A stretch of 64,000 nt of DNA from Asterias amurensis (GCF_032118995.1 NC_092661.1:19590621-19654620), one strand, 5' to 3'; counted from the stretch's first letter, positions 46,666 through 59,330 are shown. Numbers and translations: made by a program. The notes: a model not told the origin generated them from the letters alone.

Positions 46666-47690
46666 ATGGTTTGATATAGTTTGTTTTAGATAAACTACAG
46701 GTTCTAAACCCAAACAGTCTAACAACCATTATTGACAAATAACTATGATTGTTTTATTATTATCATGAATTTATGAATAAAATTACTATCCCAGGATGAA
46801 ATAATATGGAACCATGTGACTTAACCTGTTTTAACATTATATAGGGGGAAAGGGCCAAATGAGAAAGTAATACAAAGCTCAACAAGTGCGAACATCAAGG
46901 CTATTGTCCATGGATAAATAATAACAAAAGTCTTATTTATTTGTTTTGAATGAACTGTTTTAGTTTGCACACCCAGCCCCTTTAAAAACCATACACAGTA
47001 AGAAAGACACAAATACAAAGTTTCCTTACTTGCAAATAATAGCCACGGCTAGTTTTAGTTTGAACAAAATAACAAATAAATAACAGAAATTAATTATAAA
47101 ACAGAAGCTATTTTATTCAATTTGAAAAAGTGAATAGAACTCGCTTTAAAAGTATCATACATAGGTCTTCACACTCTCAAAATACTTATTATTAAATTAG
47201 TTTATTATTAATCTTTTTAATTATTATCAATAGGTGATACAGGAATGTTTGTAATATTATTTACTCAGTGAGCATAACCCTTCCTTCTCCAAATGAATCG
47301 CGCAAAAGTCAGTAATTCAGTTGTCAATGACTACACTGGAATTATAATGACATTTTCTTGAAATCAACAAGGGCAAACCGCCAGCTAAAATCCCTTTGTA
47401 GTTATGATGAATACATGGAAGTGGGGGCAAGCCAAGCCACAATTCCCGTCAATGTTTAACTACCCAGGACTGTTATAGTCAATAAACGTACTATTTGCAC
47501 TTTCGCTGTTACCTCTCAAATGAATCATGAGTGTAATTTGATAAGGTGTGATGATTGAAAGTGATTGATAGAATTAAAGTTGGGTTTTTGTTGCTTTCTG
47601 GCAATATAACCAATGACCAATCAAAGTGCATTGCGTTGTATTCCGTAGGCCTAGCGATACACAGTATCCGGGAGAGGTTGTTATGCGGTT

Positions 47691-47697
47691 TATATAA
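47691..47697 (+). promoter_or_regulatory. TATA box (TATATAA) about 190 bp upstream of the C-type lectin ATG
   Basis: ggtttatataaaccc. Its position suits an intronless gene with a short 5'UTR. Confidence 0.45.
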
Positions 47698-47888
47698 ACC
47701 CAGGACTGGTCAATTTAGATACTACAGCCTTGTGGCACTAGTGCGCGTGCAGCTATAGATGTATGCTCTATAAAACTTGTTGAGAAACATCTTACGTTTC
47801 AATCAGTTGATGTTCCTCAATACAGGCCATTAATTTGTGTGCTGGACAAACCAAACTTTTTATGGTACAGAAATCTTGGGACAGAACA

Positions 47889-48395
47889 ATGAGTTTTCTC
47901 AATGTCTTAATGGCAATAATGGCGGCCATGACTGGAATGGGAGTAGATGCGGAATGTGCCACGCCCTACTGCCCACCACCATGGCACGGCTTTGAAGGCA
48001 ATTGTTACCAGTTTATTGATCTTCAGAAGTCATGGCTTGAAGCTGAGAAATACTGCCAGATGTTATCCCACCCAGGCAAGATGGTTCATCTAGCATCCAT
48101 TCACAGTAGCAAGGAGGATGCCTTCATCGGCAGTTTGGTCAAGTCTTTAAAGCATTCCAAGAAAACGAAGGCAGATAAGGGCGAGTCTTATTGGATCGGT
48201 TACCATGACATTGGACACGAGAGTGTGCATCAATGGGTTGATGAGACGGCTGCTGTCTACTGCAATTGGGCTACAGGCGAACCTAATAACAACCCTGAGA
48301 GTGAGAACTGCGTGGAGAAGTACAAACAATATGCATCTCAAAAATGGAATGATTTTGACTGTAACGCAAAACGACAGTTTGTCTGCAAATTGTGA
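47889..48395 (+). CDS. secreted C-type lectin (single CTLD, Ca/mannose-type EPN...WND motifs), intronless
   Basis: The ORF begins MSFLNVLMAIMAAMTGMGVDA (signal peptide). CTLD cysteines and landmarks follow: CPPPWHGFEGNCYQF...WIGYHD...CNWATGEPNNNPESENCVEKY...QKWNDFDCNAKRQFVCKL. The caller's upstream start at 47835 is less likely than the ATG at 47889. Confidence 0.8.
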   Translation: MSFLNVLMAIMAAMTGMGVDAECATPYCPPPWHGFEGNCYQFIDLQKSWLEAEKYCQMLSHPGKMVHLASIHSSKEDAFIGSLVKSLKHSKKTKADKGESYWIGYHDIGHESVHQWVDETAAVYCNWATGEPNNNPESENCVEKYKQYASQKWNDFDCNAKRQFVCKL

Positions 48396-48959
48396 ACACT
48401 TGCGCCGTATCATCTCCCGTTGATGATGAAACGGTGCTCATCACTACATGTACTAGAACTTGTCTGCATTTCTATTTGTGACATAAGAGACGTAGGTCTG
48501 AATGTGCAATTCATTACCAATATTTATAGGGAGTTGTAGTTTATTTGCTGCTTTGTTAGTAATTTTTGTTTTGAATAACGGGAAATCCGAAAAGAGTGCA
48601 ATAATTTTTGTACAAAGTCGCACTTCACGAAATCAGAACCTAGTTATTATTTTAAAGCAAACACCTCTCCCGTTTTCACATAGACCAAAATTTTGTGATC
48701 TCACTTAAAGGCACTGGACACTATTGGTAATTACAACAACAAAAAAGGAATAACTGTAAGCATAAAATCTTACTTGGAACAAGCAGAGAGCTGTTGATAG
48801 TATAAAACATTGCGAGGAACGGCTCCCTCTGAAGAGTAGTTTTTGAGAGAGGTAATTTTTGATTTCCCAACATTAAAAGTTTTTAGGTGTGAACCCCTTT
48901 TTAGGCTTTTACTCAAGGAAGAGCAGCTGCAAGATTAGTCGGTTGTTAGACTTCGTACA

Positions 48960-49406
48960 GCATGGCGTTTGGTCTTGTTTTCCTGTTGAAAGTTTGGTCA
49001 CGTGTCTCAAGCCACGCAATGTGGAACATTTTGTCCAACATGATGGGTCACCTTTGAGGAGTACTATGGATGGGCTCAACAAAGCACTGAATTGGAATTA
49101 TGCTGAGCGATATTATCACACATTATCACAACCTGGTAAAGATGGTGAGTCTTGCATCTAACCACAGTAGAGGAGAAGATGACTTTATTGCCGAGTATGT
49201 CTACTATAGTGTCTGGACTTTCTACAACTTCAGGCTTCTGGATCAAGTTCATGGCGTAGAAAAGGAAGATGTATCAATTCAAATGGACGCATTCTGTGGC
49301 AGAACTAAATAATCTTAATGAACACTGTGTAGAAAGGTTCGTGTATGTCCCGGGAGTGGAATGATATCTCATGCAGCCATACATTGGGATTTGTTTGCAA
49401 AACGTA
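48960..49406 (+). pseudogene. degenerate tandem duplicate of the C-type lectin (CTLD pseudogene)
   Basis: CTLD blocks sit in three different frames: ...NWNYAERYYHTLSQPGKDGESCI*, then MVSLASNHSRGEDDFIAEYV, then ...EWNDISCSHTLGFVCKT*. Frameshift and stop occur relative to the intact copy (ccaggcaagatggttcatcta versus cctggtaaagatggtgagtct). The EPN motif is lost. Confidence 0.5.
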
Positions 49407-49519
49407 AATCCATATTTACAACTTTTGTCATCATAAACATTGGTGGCTGCCTCAAAACAGAGGTTGGCCAGCCTACTGAAACAGGACTCATACACGTTAA
49501 TTAACCACATGGCGCCGGT

Positions 49520-50070
49520 GTCGCATTTAATTATGTCCTCTATGCAATACTATCCGAAGGACATTTTTGCATATGCAATAATGTCCGCCCGGACGCTGCT
49601 GCATATTGCAATTGTGTCCGCCCGGACACATTTGCATCTGCAGTTGTGTCCGCCCCGTGCAAAACCGTCCTTGCAGTAAATTAAACGCCCTTGGTCGACG
49701 GAACACGCTCGCCATTTTTTACCATCTAAGTGCATGGTCATGAATGACATGGGAAATGTTCGGCCGTTGGGTCATGTACTAGACTTGATTCAAGTCCCAT
49801 TCTCGTACGAGAGTTCCTTAAGCATAATGCGCGCTCGCCGTCAAAATATGGTCCCGAGAATGCGGAACAGGTTTTGGAAAGCAGAACATCACAAAAAAAT
49901 AGTTTCCTGGGGATGGCACGGGATTGGGTAATTGGGACTTGAGTAAAGTCTGGTCATGTACATCTCCGCCGGACGGTTTTTGCATTATAACCCGGGACAC
50001 GAAGTATGCAAAAGTGTCCGGAGCGGATAGTATTGCATGGCGGAGACAATTGCATCTGACACCGGCATAA
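49520..50070. mobile_element. TIR element whose termini are built from subterminal tandem repeats (tgcatatgcaataatgtccgcccggac...), followed by a C24 homopolymer (50131-50154)
   Basis: Left end: atgcaatactatccgaaggacatttttgcatatgcaataatgtccgcccggacgctgctgcatattgcaattgtgtccgcccggacacatttgcatctgcagttgtgtccgccccg. Right end, reverse complemented: atgcaattgtctccgccatgcaatactatccgctccggacac... The interior has no ORF. Confidence 0.5.
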
Positions 50071-50761
50071 AACGTCTCGAGGTGGCGGTGAAACTTTCGT
50101 CTCAAACGTAGCCTTCACGTGCTGTGGAAGCCCCCCCCCCCCCCCCCCCCCATTCGGCAAGTTCCTTCAACCAAAGTGACTCTTTTATAACACTCCCGTG
50201 ACTTTCATGACCTGGTATTAAAGTTGCATGGTCTGATTTTCGCCGAATGAATTTTTACAGATGATGCTGTTTGCAAACGAAAAACAAACAATCTCTTTTT
50301 TGTACTAAGCCCTGTGCCACGAGCAACCACCCGAAATCAAGTATTTTGTTGATGTTTGTTGTTGTTTGTTAATGACCACTTTAATGGCGGATTTCTTGTG
50401 TGCTATTGAAGTTGAAGCAAGATATAAAAAATAAATAGAAATGTGTTTGAAACAAATTTAGGCCGATCTCTTCTAAAAATTAGTGACAAGTTGATCGGAC
50501 ATGAATCTCGGCTGATAGGCCCATGAGTGTATTTAGGAAGTAATTTAGACTGCATGTTATCTGGACTAGATAATACTCCTACGTTGTGGAGAGGATGTGC
50601 TGTGTTGACATTTTATTTTAAACCCCATGATCAAATGATCAAAGTTCAGATTGTGTATTGAGCAATGTGTGTACAATAAAATGTAACTAGTGCTGTCTGA
50701 TTAAACTCCATCCCAATTGGTTGTAAAGTGTTCTAAGAAAAGGTTTTTTATAAACACAACA

Positions 50762-51134
50762 ATGTTCACCTTCATTGTGGCAGTCTTAACAGCCTGTGTC
50801 AGCGGATACTGGCTTGGGCAACGGGTGATTGGATTTTATTTCAGAAAGCGCTTGGATCCATGGGGTAAAGCAGTTCTCGTTTCTGGTTGTGATACGGGCT
50901 TCGGTAACGCCCTGGCTAGTCGACTTCATGGTCTTGGATTCACCGTGTTTGCTGGGTGTTTGGACTCCAAATGCGAGGGGGCTCTAAAGCTGGTGAAGGA
51001 GGCTAAACAAGTGGAACGAGATGACGGAAGATCGAAAAGACCACGTATGAAGGTGATTCAGATGGACATTTGCAACGATAAGGAAGTCGCTGAAAGTGTG
51101 AGGACTGTTTCAAGTTTACTACCAAAGGATACAG
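50762..51134 (+). CDS. SDR (retinol dehydrogenase / 17beta-HSD-like, SDR9C family) exon 1
   Basis: Encodes MFTFIVAVLTACVSGYWLGQRV (N-terminal membrane anchor) ...KAVLVSGCDTGFGNALASRL (TGxxxGxG Rossmann motif)...KVIQMDICNDKEVAESVRTVSSLLPKDT. Donor ACAG|gtaacg. Confidence 0.75.
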
Positions 51135-51296
51135 GTAACGTATTATCCCACTCTCATTGTCTGTGCCTTTCCGTTGGAAATGTTTCAACATAATAACCCA
51201 AACACTCTAACAAACACAAATAATGGGAGGGAGTTTTCTTGATACAATACTCTTTTTCTTTTAAACTGATAACACTTGACCCTTTAATTCCTGCAG

Positions 51297-51449
51297 GATT
51301 GTGGGGTATCGTCAACAATGCTGGTCTGTCGACCTTCGGAGAGGTGGAGTGGTGCAATTTGGAAATGTTTCAACGTGTAGCTGACGTCAACATATGGGGA
51401 GGGGTCAGAGTGGTGAAAGCGTTCCTTCCACTCATCCGAAGAGCAAAGG
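51297..51449 (+). CDS. SDR exon 2
   Basis: Acceptor ttcctgcag|GATTGTG, donor AAAGG|gtgagt. Encodes [51 protein letters not shown] (NNAG motif). Confidence 0.8.
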
Positions 51450-51549
51450 GTGAGTACCAAATAAAAATACAAAAAAGAACTCAAAAAAGCTTGTGTTTTG
51501 TCTGAAGGTTTTGTTTCAAAATCAATATTTTATGTGTCTAACCCAACAG

Positions 51550-52016
51550 GTCGAATTGTCCAAATGACCAGTGGCCTTGCTCGTCAAGGTCACCCTGGAC
51601 GTTCCTGTTACGTCCTCTCCAAGTATGCCATGGAAGGCTTCTCTCAGTGTCTGAGGTATGAGATGCGGCGATGGGGTGTACACGTTAGTATCATCGAACC
51701 TGGAAACTTCATTGCTGCAACAGGGATCTTTACACCAGAGAAGATCCGGCAAATCGCCAATAAGATGTGGGATGGGATGAGTGAAGTGACAAGGCAAGCA
51801 TACGGCAAGGAGGCATTCGATGCTCAGGTGGAAACCATGAGTTATTATAGTGGAGTGGGAACCACAGACACCGCGCCTGTTGTAGATGCTATGGTGGCGG
51901 CATTAACAGATTCACAGCCCAGGATTCGGTACGAGCCTAAGGACTGGTACTGGAGACTACGGACTTTTGTAATGTCAATATTGCCTCAAGAAATTGGTGA
52001 TTGGTTCTACTATTAG
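51550..52016 (+). CDS. SDR exon 3 (catalytic YxxxK, stop TAG at 52014-52016)
   Basis: Acceptor cccaacag|GTCGAAT. Encodes RIVQMTSGLARQGHPGRSCYVLSKYAMEGFSQCLRYEMRRWGVHVSIIEPGNF...DWFYY*. Confidence 0.8.
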
Positions 52017-52170
52017 GTAGTATATTAATACTTTGAACGCATCGATAATCAGACATATATATCCCACAACCCACTCAACTCCGTTACCCCACACCTCACA
52101 ATACATGCCTAATAATAATGGGCTGGATAAAGACGGTGGGCTTGTCAATAAGACTACTGATTAATATAAA

Positions 52171-52549
52171 TTAAAGACACTAGACACTTTTGGTAATTGT
52201 CAAAGACCAGTCTTCTCACCTGGTGTATCTCAACATATGCATGAAATAACAAACCTGTGAAAATGTGAGCTCAATCGGTCGTCGAATTTGCGAGATAATA
52301 ATGAAAGAGAAAACACCCTTGTTACACGAAGTTGTGTGCTTTCAGACGCTTGATTTCAATACCTCAAATTCTAAACTTGAGGTCTCGACGCGGAAAATTA
52401 CTTCATTCTCAAAAACTACGTCACTTCAGAGGATGCCGTTTCTCACGATGTTTTATACTATCAACAGCTCCCCATTACTCGTTACCGCAAGTAAGGTTTT
52501 ATGCTAATAATTATTTTGAGTAAATACCAATAGTGTCCACTGCCTTTAA
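52171..52549. mobile_element. MITE family A copy (just 3' of the SDR gene)
   Basis: TIR ttaaagacactagacacttttggtaatt...aataccaatagtgtccactgcctttaa. Confidence 0.8.
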
Positions 52550-53885
52550 TTTATGTGGAAATGATAAGCAACACAAAATGTGTTACGTTTCATATACAAC
52601 TCATTGTAATGTGATAATTATAAAAAAAGGAAATAAATTGTTATTTTTTTAGCTTGAATAAAAATAATCAGCGTAGTTTGTTTTCTTTAGGGGGCCGCTT
52701 GACAAGGTTTGATTGACCACTAACTTTGAAATTATTGTGATCGACTGGTTCGTCTTGACTAGAATGGTATGGCCTTTATTTTACACTTCTTTTGAGCAAG
52801 ATCACGCACCACGTAGGCCTAAATAGCCCTGCCGCCTAAAATATCGCCTCATGGGGATTTTAATTATTGTCAACGTCGTCTGCTAATACACCGTTAAACT
52901 TAAAGAGCGCCCTCCATCGAATAGGATGTTGAGCCAGGCACTGAAAAACTACGTCAGTTGCAGCAGACCAATCATAAAGCAGAAAATTAAGAACTTTGTA
53001 AAAGTGCCTGTCTTATTTTTTTTGCGGACGATAATTTGTCCGTCGTCGTCGCGTCCGGCCGGCACGTACGCGCCATCGTCCATAATATCGTATCGCACTA
53101 GCTGGTTGAGTGGATTCAGTTGTGTGAAGCGAGCGAAGTGACGATTTTCCCGGTCCAAGGTAATCACCAACAGTGTCGCAGTGAGTAATAACAAAATGTT
53201 TATGATTATTTTACGCTCTTATTGTTTTCTTTCTCCATGACCATGAATGACAGTAGTAGCACCTCTCAGTTTACGCAGTACCGTAGTACTTCTAGTAGTT
53301 TGCTTGTACTGTAGACTGGACCGAGTGACAGTGTATAACACAAGCTGTTAATTTTAAGCGTAAGTGAAACAGTGTTGTTTGTTTATAAAGTCGCTTCATT
53401 TAACACAACATTTGTCACGTTTTGAACTGAACCCCCCCCCCCACATTATCTACTAAAACAAACAGAAACACTAGGTATAGTCCTTTGCCCTAGTTCTCAA
53501 CTTACATGTAGGCTAAAAAAACTCTATATGAATATTTTTATCACACCATTAAACTGCAATGTCGCCCTCATGCGACAGAAACTGAACGACTGAAAGGTTT
53601 ATCACATGCAGTCACTGTGTAACAGACCAGACAAGACTGCCGACTACCCAAGTGAAAGTATCACTGCAAAAAAAATAAAAAAAATAAAATGCTAACACAT
53701 CAAACGATAACCAATTATACAAGTAATGTTTGCCTTTATAGTTTCATGTGTGTTCGTACTCCTACTCCTTGGAATTCGGCATCAGACTATTTAGATTATT
53801 CTTGGTATTCTATATTTTTACCTGATTTTGAATCTGAAAACTCACTAAATTCAAATGACACAATAGAAATAAATAGAATTTTCTT

Positions 53886-54745
53886 AAAGGCAATGGACAC
53901 TATTGGTAATTACTCAAAATAATTATTAGCATAAAACCTTTCTTGGTGACGAGTAATGGGGAGAGGTTGATGGTATACAACATTGTAAAAAACAGCTCCC
54001 TCTGAAGTGCCATAGTTTTTGAGAAAGAAGTAATTTTCAACGAATTTGTTTTTGAGACCTCAGATTTAGAACTTGAGGTCTCAAAATCAACCATCTAAAT
54101 GCACACAACTTTGTGTGACACAGGGTTATTTTTCTTTCATGATTATCTCGCAACTTCGATGACCGATTGAGCTCAATTTTTCACAGGTTTGTTATTGTAA
54201 GCATGTTTAGATACACCAACTGTGAAGGCTAGTCTTTGACAATTACCAATAATGTCCACATCCTCTAAACCATCTACAAAGTCAGGTCCAGTTAATTAAG
54301 GCCCTTGGTAGCTTTGTTGGTGAATGGTGACTTAGCTTGGGATCCCCTTAAGACTGTAGTCTGGGGTCGATATCTATTAAAGGTAGTGGTCAATATTGGT
54401 AATTACTCAAAATAATTGTTGTCATAAAACCTTTCTTGATTAGGAGTAATGGGGAGAGGTTGATAGTATAAAACATTGTGAGAAAAAGCTCCCTTTGAAG
54501 TGACGTAGTTTTCGAGAAAGAAGTAACTTTCCACGAATTTAATTTCCGGACCTCAGACTTAGCATTTGAGGTCTCGAAATCAAGCATCTGAAAGCACACA
54601 ACTTCGTATGACAATGGTATTTTTTCATTCATAGTTACCTCGCAACTCTGACAACCAATCGAGCTCAAATTTTCACAGGTTTGTTTTTACGCACATGTTG
54701 AGATACACCAAGTGAGAACACTGGTCTTTGACAATATTACCAAGT
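53886..54745. mobile_element. two adjacent MITE family A copies in inverted orientation (53886-54260 and 54380-54745)
   Basis: Each copy is bounded by the ggacactattggtaatt / aattaccaat..gtcc TIRs. The internal sequence is the reverse complement of the 27284 copy. Confidence 0.75.
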
Positions 54746-55649
54746 GTCTTTAAAGCTGTGTACAACTAATAATCTAATAGATTTGCATTCACCAGCATAG
54801 TTAATGAAAATGTGCATGCAATGCATGCTGAAAGGCTATGGATATTGGCTGCAAGTCCTGCATAGCATGTACACATGTGCACTTTTCCATTGTTTTTTAA
54901 TTTTATCAAAGATAGCGATCAATGTCGCCATAACAATCCAGCTTGTTTTGTATTGCTAAGAAAAGTTTTATGTCACAACACAATTCACTATGCCGATACC
55001 GATATTGACAATTCAGCATTTAAGATTAACCCGAGTACCTTGTGAACTCGAGCCCAGGTCTTTGTTTCCACTCGGTGAAGGAGTTCATATATCCACAAAA
55101 TACAACAGAGAACATTTTCCCTCTCAAGGAATGTTTCAGTTGTCTTCAGTCAAAATTGATTACCCAACTTTTAAACGCAGTTTAGAGGATGGGAATAAAT
55201 CTACCCCCAAAACCAATAATATTGTATCCATCAAAAGCTCTCCAGTAGATTTGACTCAAGAGTAAACATTCACACATTTGTGAAAAAATTAGTGTGACAA
55301 ATGAATAACGTTTGATTTGAGTTGATATAAATGTTTCAGTATCTTTCAATTAAATGGGTGTCAAAAGATTGCAGTTTCTAAATCATCAAGAATCACACCA
55401 CATTTCACTCCAAGTTTCTTTGTAAGTTGAGATTCAATAAATTTTATTTTCAAAATTAATACAAAAAATTACTTTCAACTTCAAACTAGTTGGTTGGTCT
55501 TTATAAAAATACTAATCCTACAACTGTTCTTATCTTCAAGTACGCACTAATCCTCCAATCAGGTTGGCAGAATGGAGTGGTGATAAAAACCTATATTGCA
55601 CGGCTAATATCACTGTTCTAATGTCACGCGTCAAGTTTGCTTGAAGATA

Positions 55650-55800
55650 AATACGTTATCACACGCGCGCTCGTGGAAATATGGAAAATATAGCGCGTCT
55701 GCGTCCCATATCCAACTCGGCCTTCGGCCTCGTTGGATATGGGCACAGAAGCGCTATATTTTTCCGTATTCCACTCGCGCTTGTGTGATAACTTATAATA
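55650..55800. repeat. about 130-bp near-perfect palindrome (cgcgctcgtggaaatatggaaaatatagcgcgtctgcgtcccatatccaactcggcc ttcg ggcctcgttggatatgggcacagaagcgctatatttttccgtattccactcgcgc)
   Basis: Read directly. Overlapping ORFs on both strands are artefacts of the symmetry. Confidence 0.7.
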
Positions 55801-56404
55801 GCTGGCTTTATACTTATAGACTATGTAAGTCATGCGCATATTGGAACATATGGACCTGTAAAAGGTTGCGAGTTTGTTTCCTTCATGCCTTAAAGCACTG
55901 AACGTGTCACCCAATGGTCCCACAAATGTTTGAAAACAACCTAGTAGCCTATCTTTAACAAGAAAATACATTCAGCCTATATGTATGCACAAGGTTGATT
56001 GAATTCTCAAAACCCTGCATGCCTTTAAGAGCGTTGTAGACAGTCCAGTATTGCTCACTAAAACTAAGTGGACACTTGAATAACAGTATTAGGAGCCTCT
56101 TTATAATTTTCTCCTTACAAACCAATGACAACTGAGCGAATATAGGTTCTAAGCGCCCAAATAAACATGTGTAAAATTTAACACCCCATGGTTCAACTGT
56201 ATACAGTATATGTGCTAAGATTGACAATTTAAATGTACTAACAACTTACACAGCATCAAGATGCTCATGTAGGAAACTTCCCATTCACAGGCCTGGAATT
56301 TCATTTTTGAGTGAATTTCATCTTTTTGAGGGCAAGGCCATTTTTTAAAGGGCACTTCCTTTGGAAAATCTGAAAGTCTCTGGAAAACTTTTGAAGGAAC
56401 ACCA

Positions 56405-56510
56405 AGACAAAAGAGGCAAGCAATGGTCTCCGTGTCAATCCAGGCGTGCATGCTATAAGAGGCAAGCAATGGTCTCCGTGTCATTCCAGGCGTGCATGCT
56501 ATTTTATGCA
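56405..56510. repeat. about 52-bp tandem duplication (aagaggcaagcaatggtctccgtgtca(a/t)tccaggcgtgcatgctat x2)
   Basis: Read directly. Confidence 0.75.
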
Positions 56511-59330
56511 TGAAATGTTTTGTGTTTTTTTGAGAAATGAGTAAACAAAGTTTTGATCCTGCAAGTCTGAATCCTGATGTTTGAAAACCATGATGGAGTT
56601 TATACTATTGTAACATGACTTCGCTCTTGAAATTTCACGTTTTATGTTTAGTCACACAAACTACAGAAATTTGGTCTTTGACCCTTAAATATGTTGGCGA
56701 GCCTAGTATTATATCCATCCAAATTGACACCCTGAACTTTGTTATAAGATCAATCAAGTAATGACTAAATCTATCTTACAAATGGTTTTACAATGTGATG
56801 AATAATAAGCAATAGACCTACGGAATAATAAGCCATAAATGCAAACATTTGCAACACATTTTGATGATTATACTTGCCTGGTTAAAAGTTCATCATGACA
56901 ATTTTGAAATAATTTTGTGAAGATATTTAGCGGAAAGTTTCACCAAAAATAAAAGAAAGATAATACAAAAATTAAAGCTAATCAAATCATGACTTAGAGA
57001 TTGATTCAAACTGCAATTATATAAAAAACAGCAAAATATGTATACATGAACCAAGAATTTTCAACAGAAAAAAACATAACTATTTGTATCAATCCAAAAT
57101 ATACATTTAAATCAAAATAATAATAAAAAAGGAAAGATTTATTTTCCAATCACAAAATTGCCACTTAACTACACATTATTCATCAGATGACAGCCATTTT
57201 AAAATGGTTGTCTAATTAGGGTCAATTATAAAACAACACTCCTCATTAAGTAGCTTGCAAATTATACAAAGACCATTATTAAGTTGTATTTGCTATAAAA
57301 CTTGTGTAAAGCAACCGATGACTTTCAGAGATCACATGATTATTGTAAGAAATATACTGTATTTATAGACACTGACAAAATCAAAATGTGATATAAAAAT
57401 AACAACAGTACAGTATTGGTAAGAAATGAGGTTAATATTCATGATCCTTACTTAATTTGTTTGGAAAACAGCAATGTGAGTGACATCTGTTTATTTTGAA
57501 TCTCTGACTTACAGTGAGTTGTAAAGTTTTTGCTTATAACCCTTACAAGCACTGAATACCCAGTGCGTTCAAGGGGTCCATTCCTTGGCAAAACCCCTCA
57601 AATCAACATTTGGGAAAAACAAGTACAAAGATGAGCTGTTTTGCCATTAAACACAGGAAGAACCTGTAAAAGCTGAGATAGGACATTTACATTTAAACAT
57701 GCTAAAAAACATATGGTGGCAGTGTAAGCACTCTATGTAATCCACCATTACATAAACTGCCAAATGTGTAGACGTTTGAGATCGATCGGCCATCTGGGTC
57801 ACGAGAAAATAGTGAAAACCGATTACACATTTGCATGACATCCATGGAAGAAAAAAAAAATGAATAAAACGCTAACTGAGCGATAAACTCAGTTGGGATT
57901 ATAACCAGCAACCCTCACTTTATAGAGAAGATGCCTGACCTACAGTAGACAACATACAGTTCTTATCACAGTTAACACACACAATATAGTAGTCTTAAGG
58001 CCGACTTATAGTCGGTCCGGCGATGGAAATCTTGACGAGCGATTAAAAAAGACACAGTTTTTAGGCCTCAGCGATGACTATAAACTGTGTTTTTTAGGAT
58101 CGTGCGTCAAGAGATTCCATCCCGCGACCGACTATAAACCGACCTTTACATTCCCAATCCAATTACTATTAAATAATTTACACATGGATTTCAAACACAA
58201 TCAGTTATCATTGAAGATTGCTTTTTCATTTTCCACAAGTTTGTCTAATCAAAGAGACGAATATCATAAAAAATCCTGTTGTGACCCTTGACGATGTGGT
58301 CTTCCAATACGAGAACTAATTTACAAATACACCGTACCTGGAATACATTACTGAGGTCCGACTGTATGATCAGAGTGGTTTTACATGGCAATGTTTGAAT
58401 AAAATGTGCATAAAGGAATTTAATTTGATACAGAATACATGTTGCAACTTATATAGAAATTAACTCAAAGGATTGCTTGTCTAGATACAAAATTATTTTA
58501 CTCAAATAGTTATTTTTGTATATCATGCAATAGAGTAGTCAATCCAGCTTCAAAGTTCAGTTCAGTACAATTGCCAATTCCTCAATCAATAGCCCTATGA
58601 ATACAATGTTAGCAATTTGATACACAAAATGCAGGAAACTGAATATCAAAATGAGTTGTATGACATATGAGATGGAATGTTGATTAGAGATAATTAAGTT
58701 CCACAAATTAAAGACAATAAACTAATTCAATAAAATGAATCTTCAGATTAATATGGAATGTTCCTTGATAAACCAACCAACTTAAACCCTTCAAAATCCA
58801 ATTGCATGTTTTGTTTGATTCCATTGGACTGAGGATTGTACTACTAGTAATCTGATTGAATGCTTTCCTCATCAATGTCTAGAGTTAGAATATGTAATGA
58901 AGAGTGGTGCAGGATTCTACCAGTAGAAAATAATTAATGGAGCCATGGTTGATGCAGTTTAAGTACGATGATCTATGTACATAGAAAGTTTAATGCATTT
59001 AATCTAATATATAGACAGTGATTATTACAAAAACTGAGTTTGTATAGCTGCTGAATTCACATCATACTTAGAACACTACTGTAAAAAAATGTCTCTACAA
59101 CTACTGCCTAAAAGTGATTCAAATATTGAAATATATATTACTTTTCATGAATCTTCTGATTTGCTTAAACTGGAATCAGGAATATATATATTTCATTATT
59201 ATTAAAGGTTGTTTATGAAAATGTATGATATTTAATTCCTTTAATTTCTTACTTCGGATAAATCTCTCTGTTAAAAAAATACTTGTATGTTATACAATAT
59301 ATAAAAGCCTTCACTTATTCATCATAAACT

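Noticed and set aside
45000-47600. Search for the terminal PARP4 exon(s) after 44711
   Set aside because: Candidate acceptors (for example about 44985) give only very short ORFs (GCISKCHHPTK*) with no similarity to the PARP4 C-terminus. The exon was left unannotated rather than guessed.
55624-55971. Overlapping ORFs on both strands (115 aa and 86 aa)
   Set aside because: They sit on the 130-bp palindrome. Symmetry produces mirror ORFs. No splice or homology signal.
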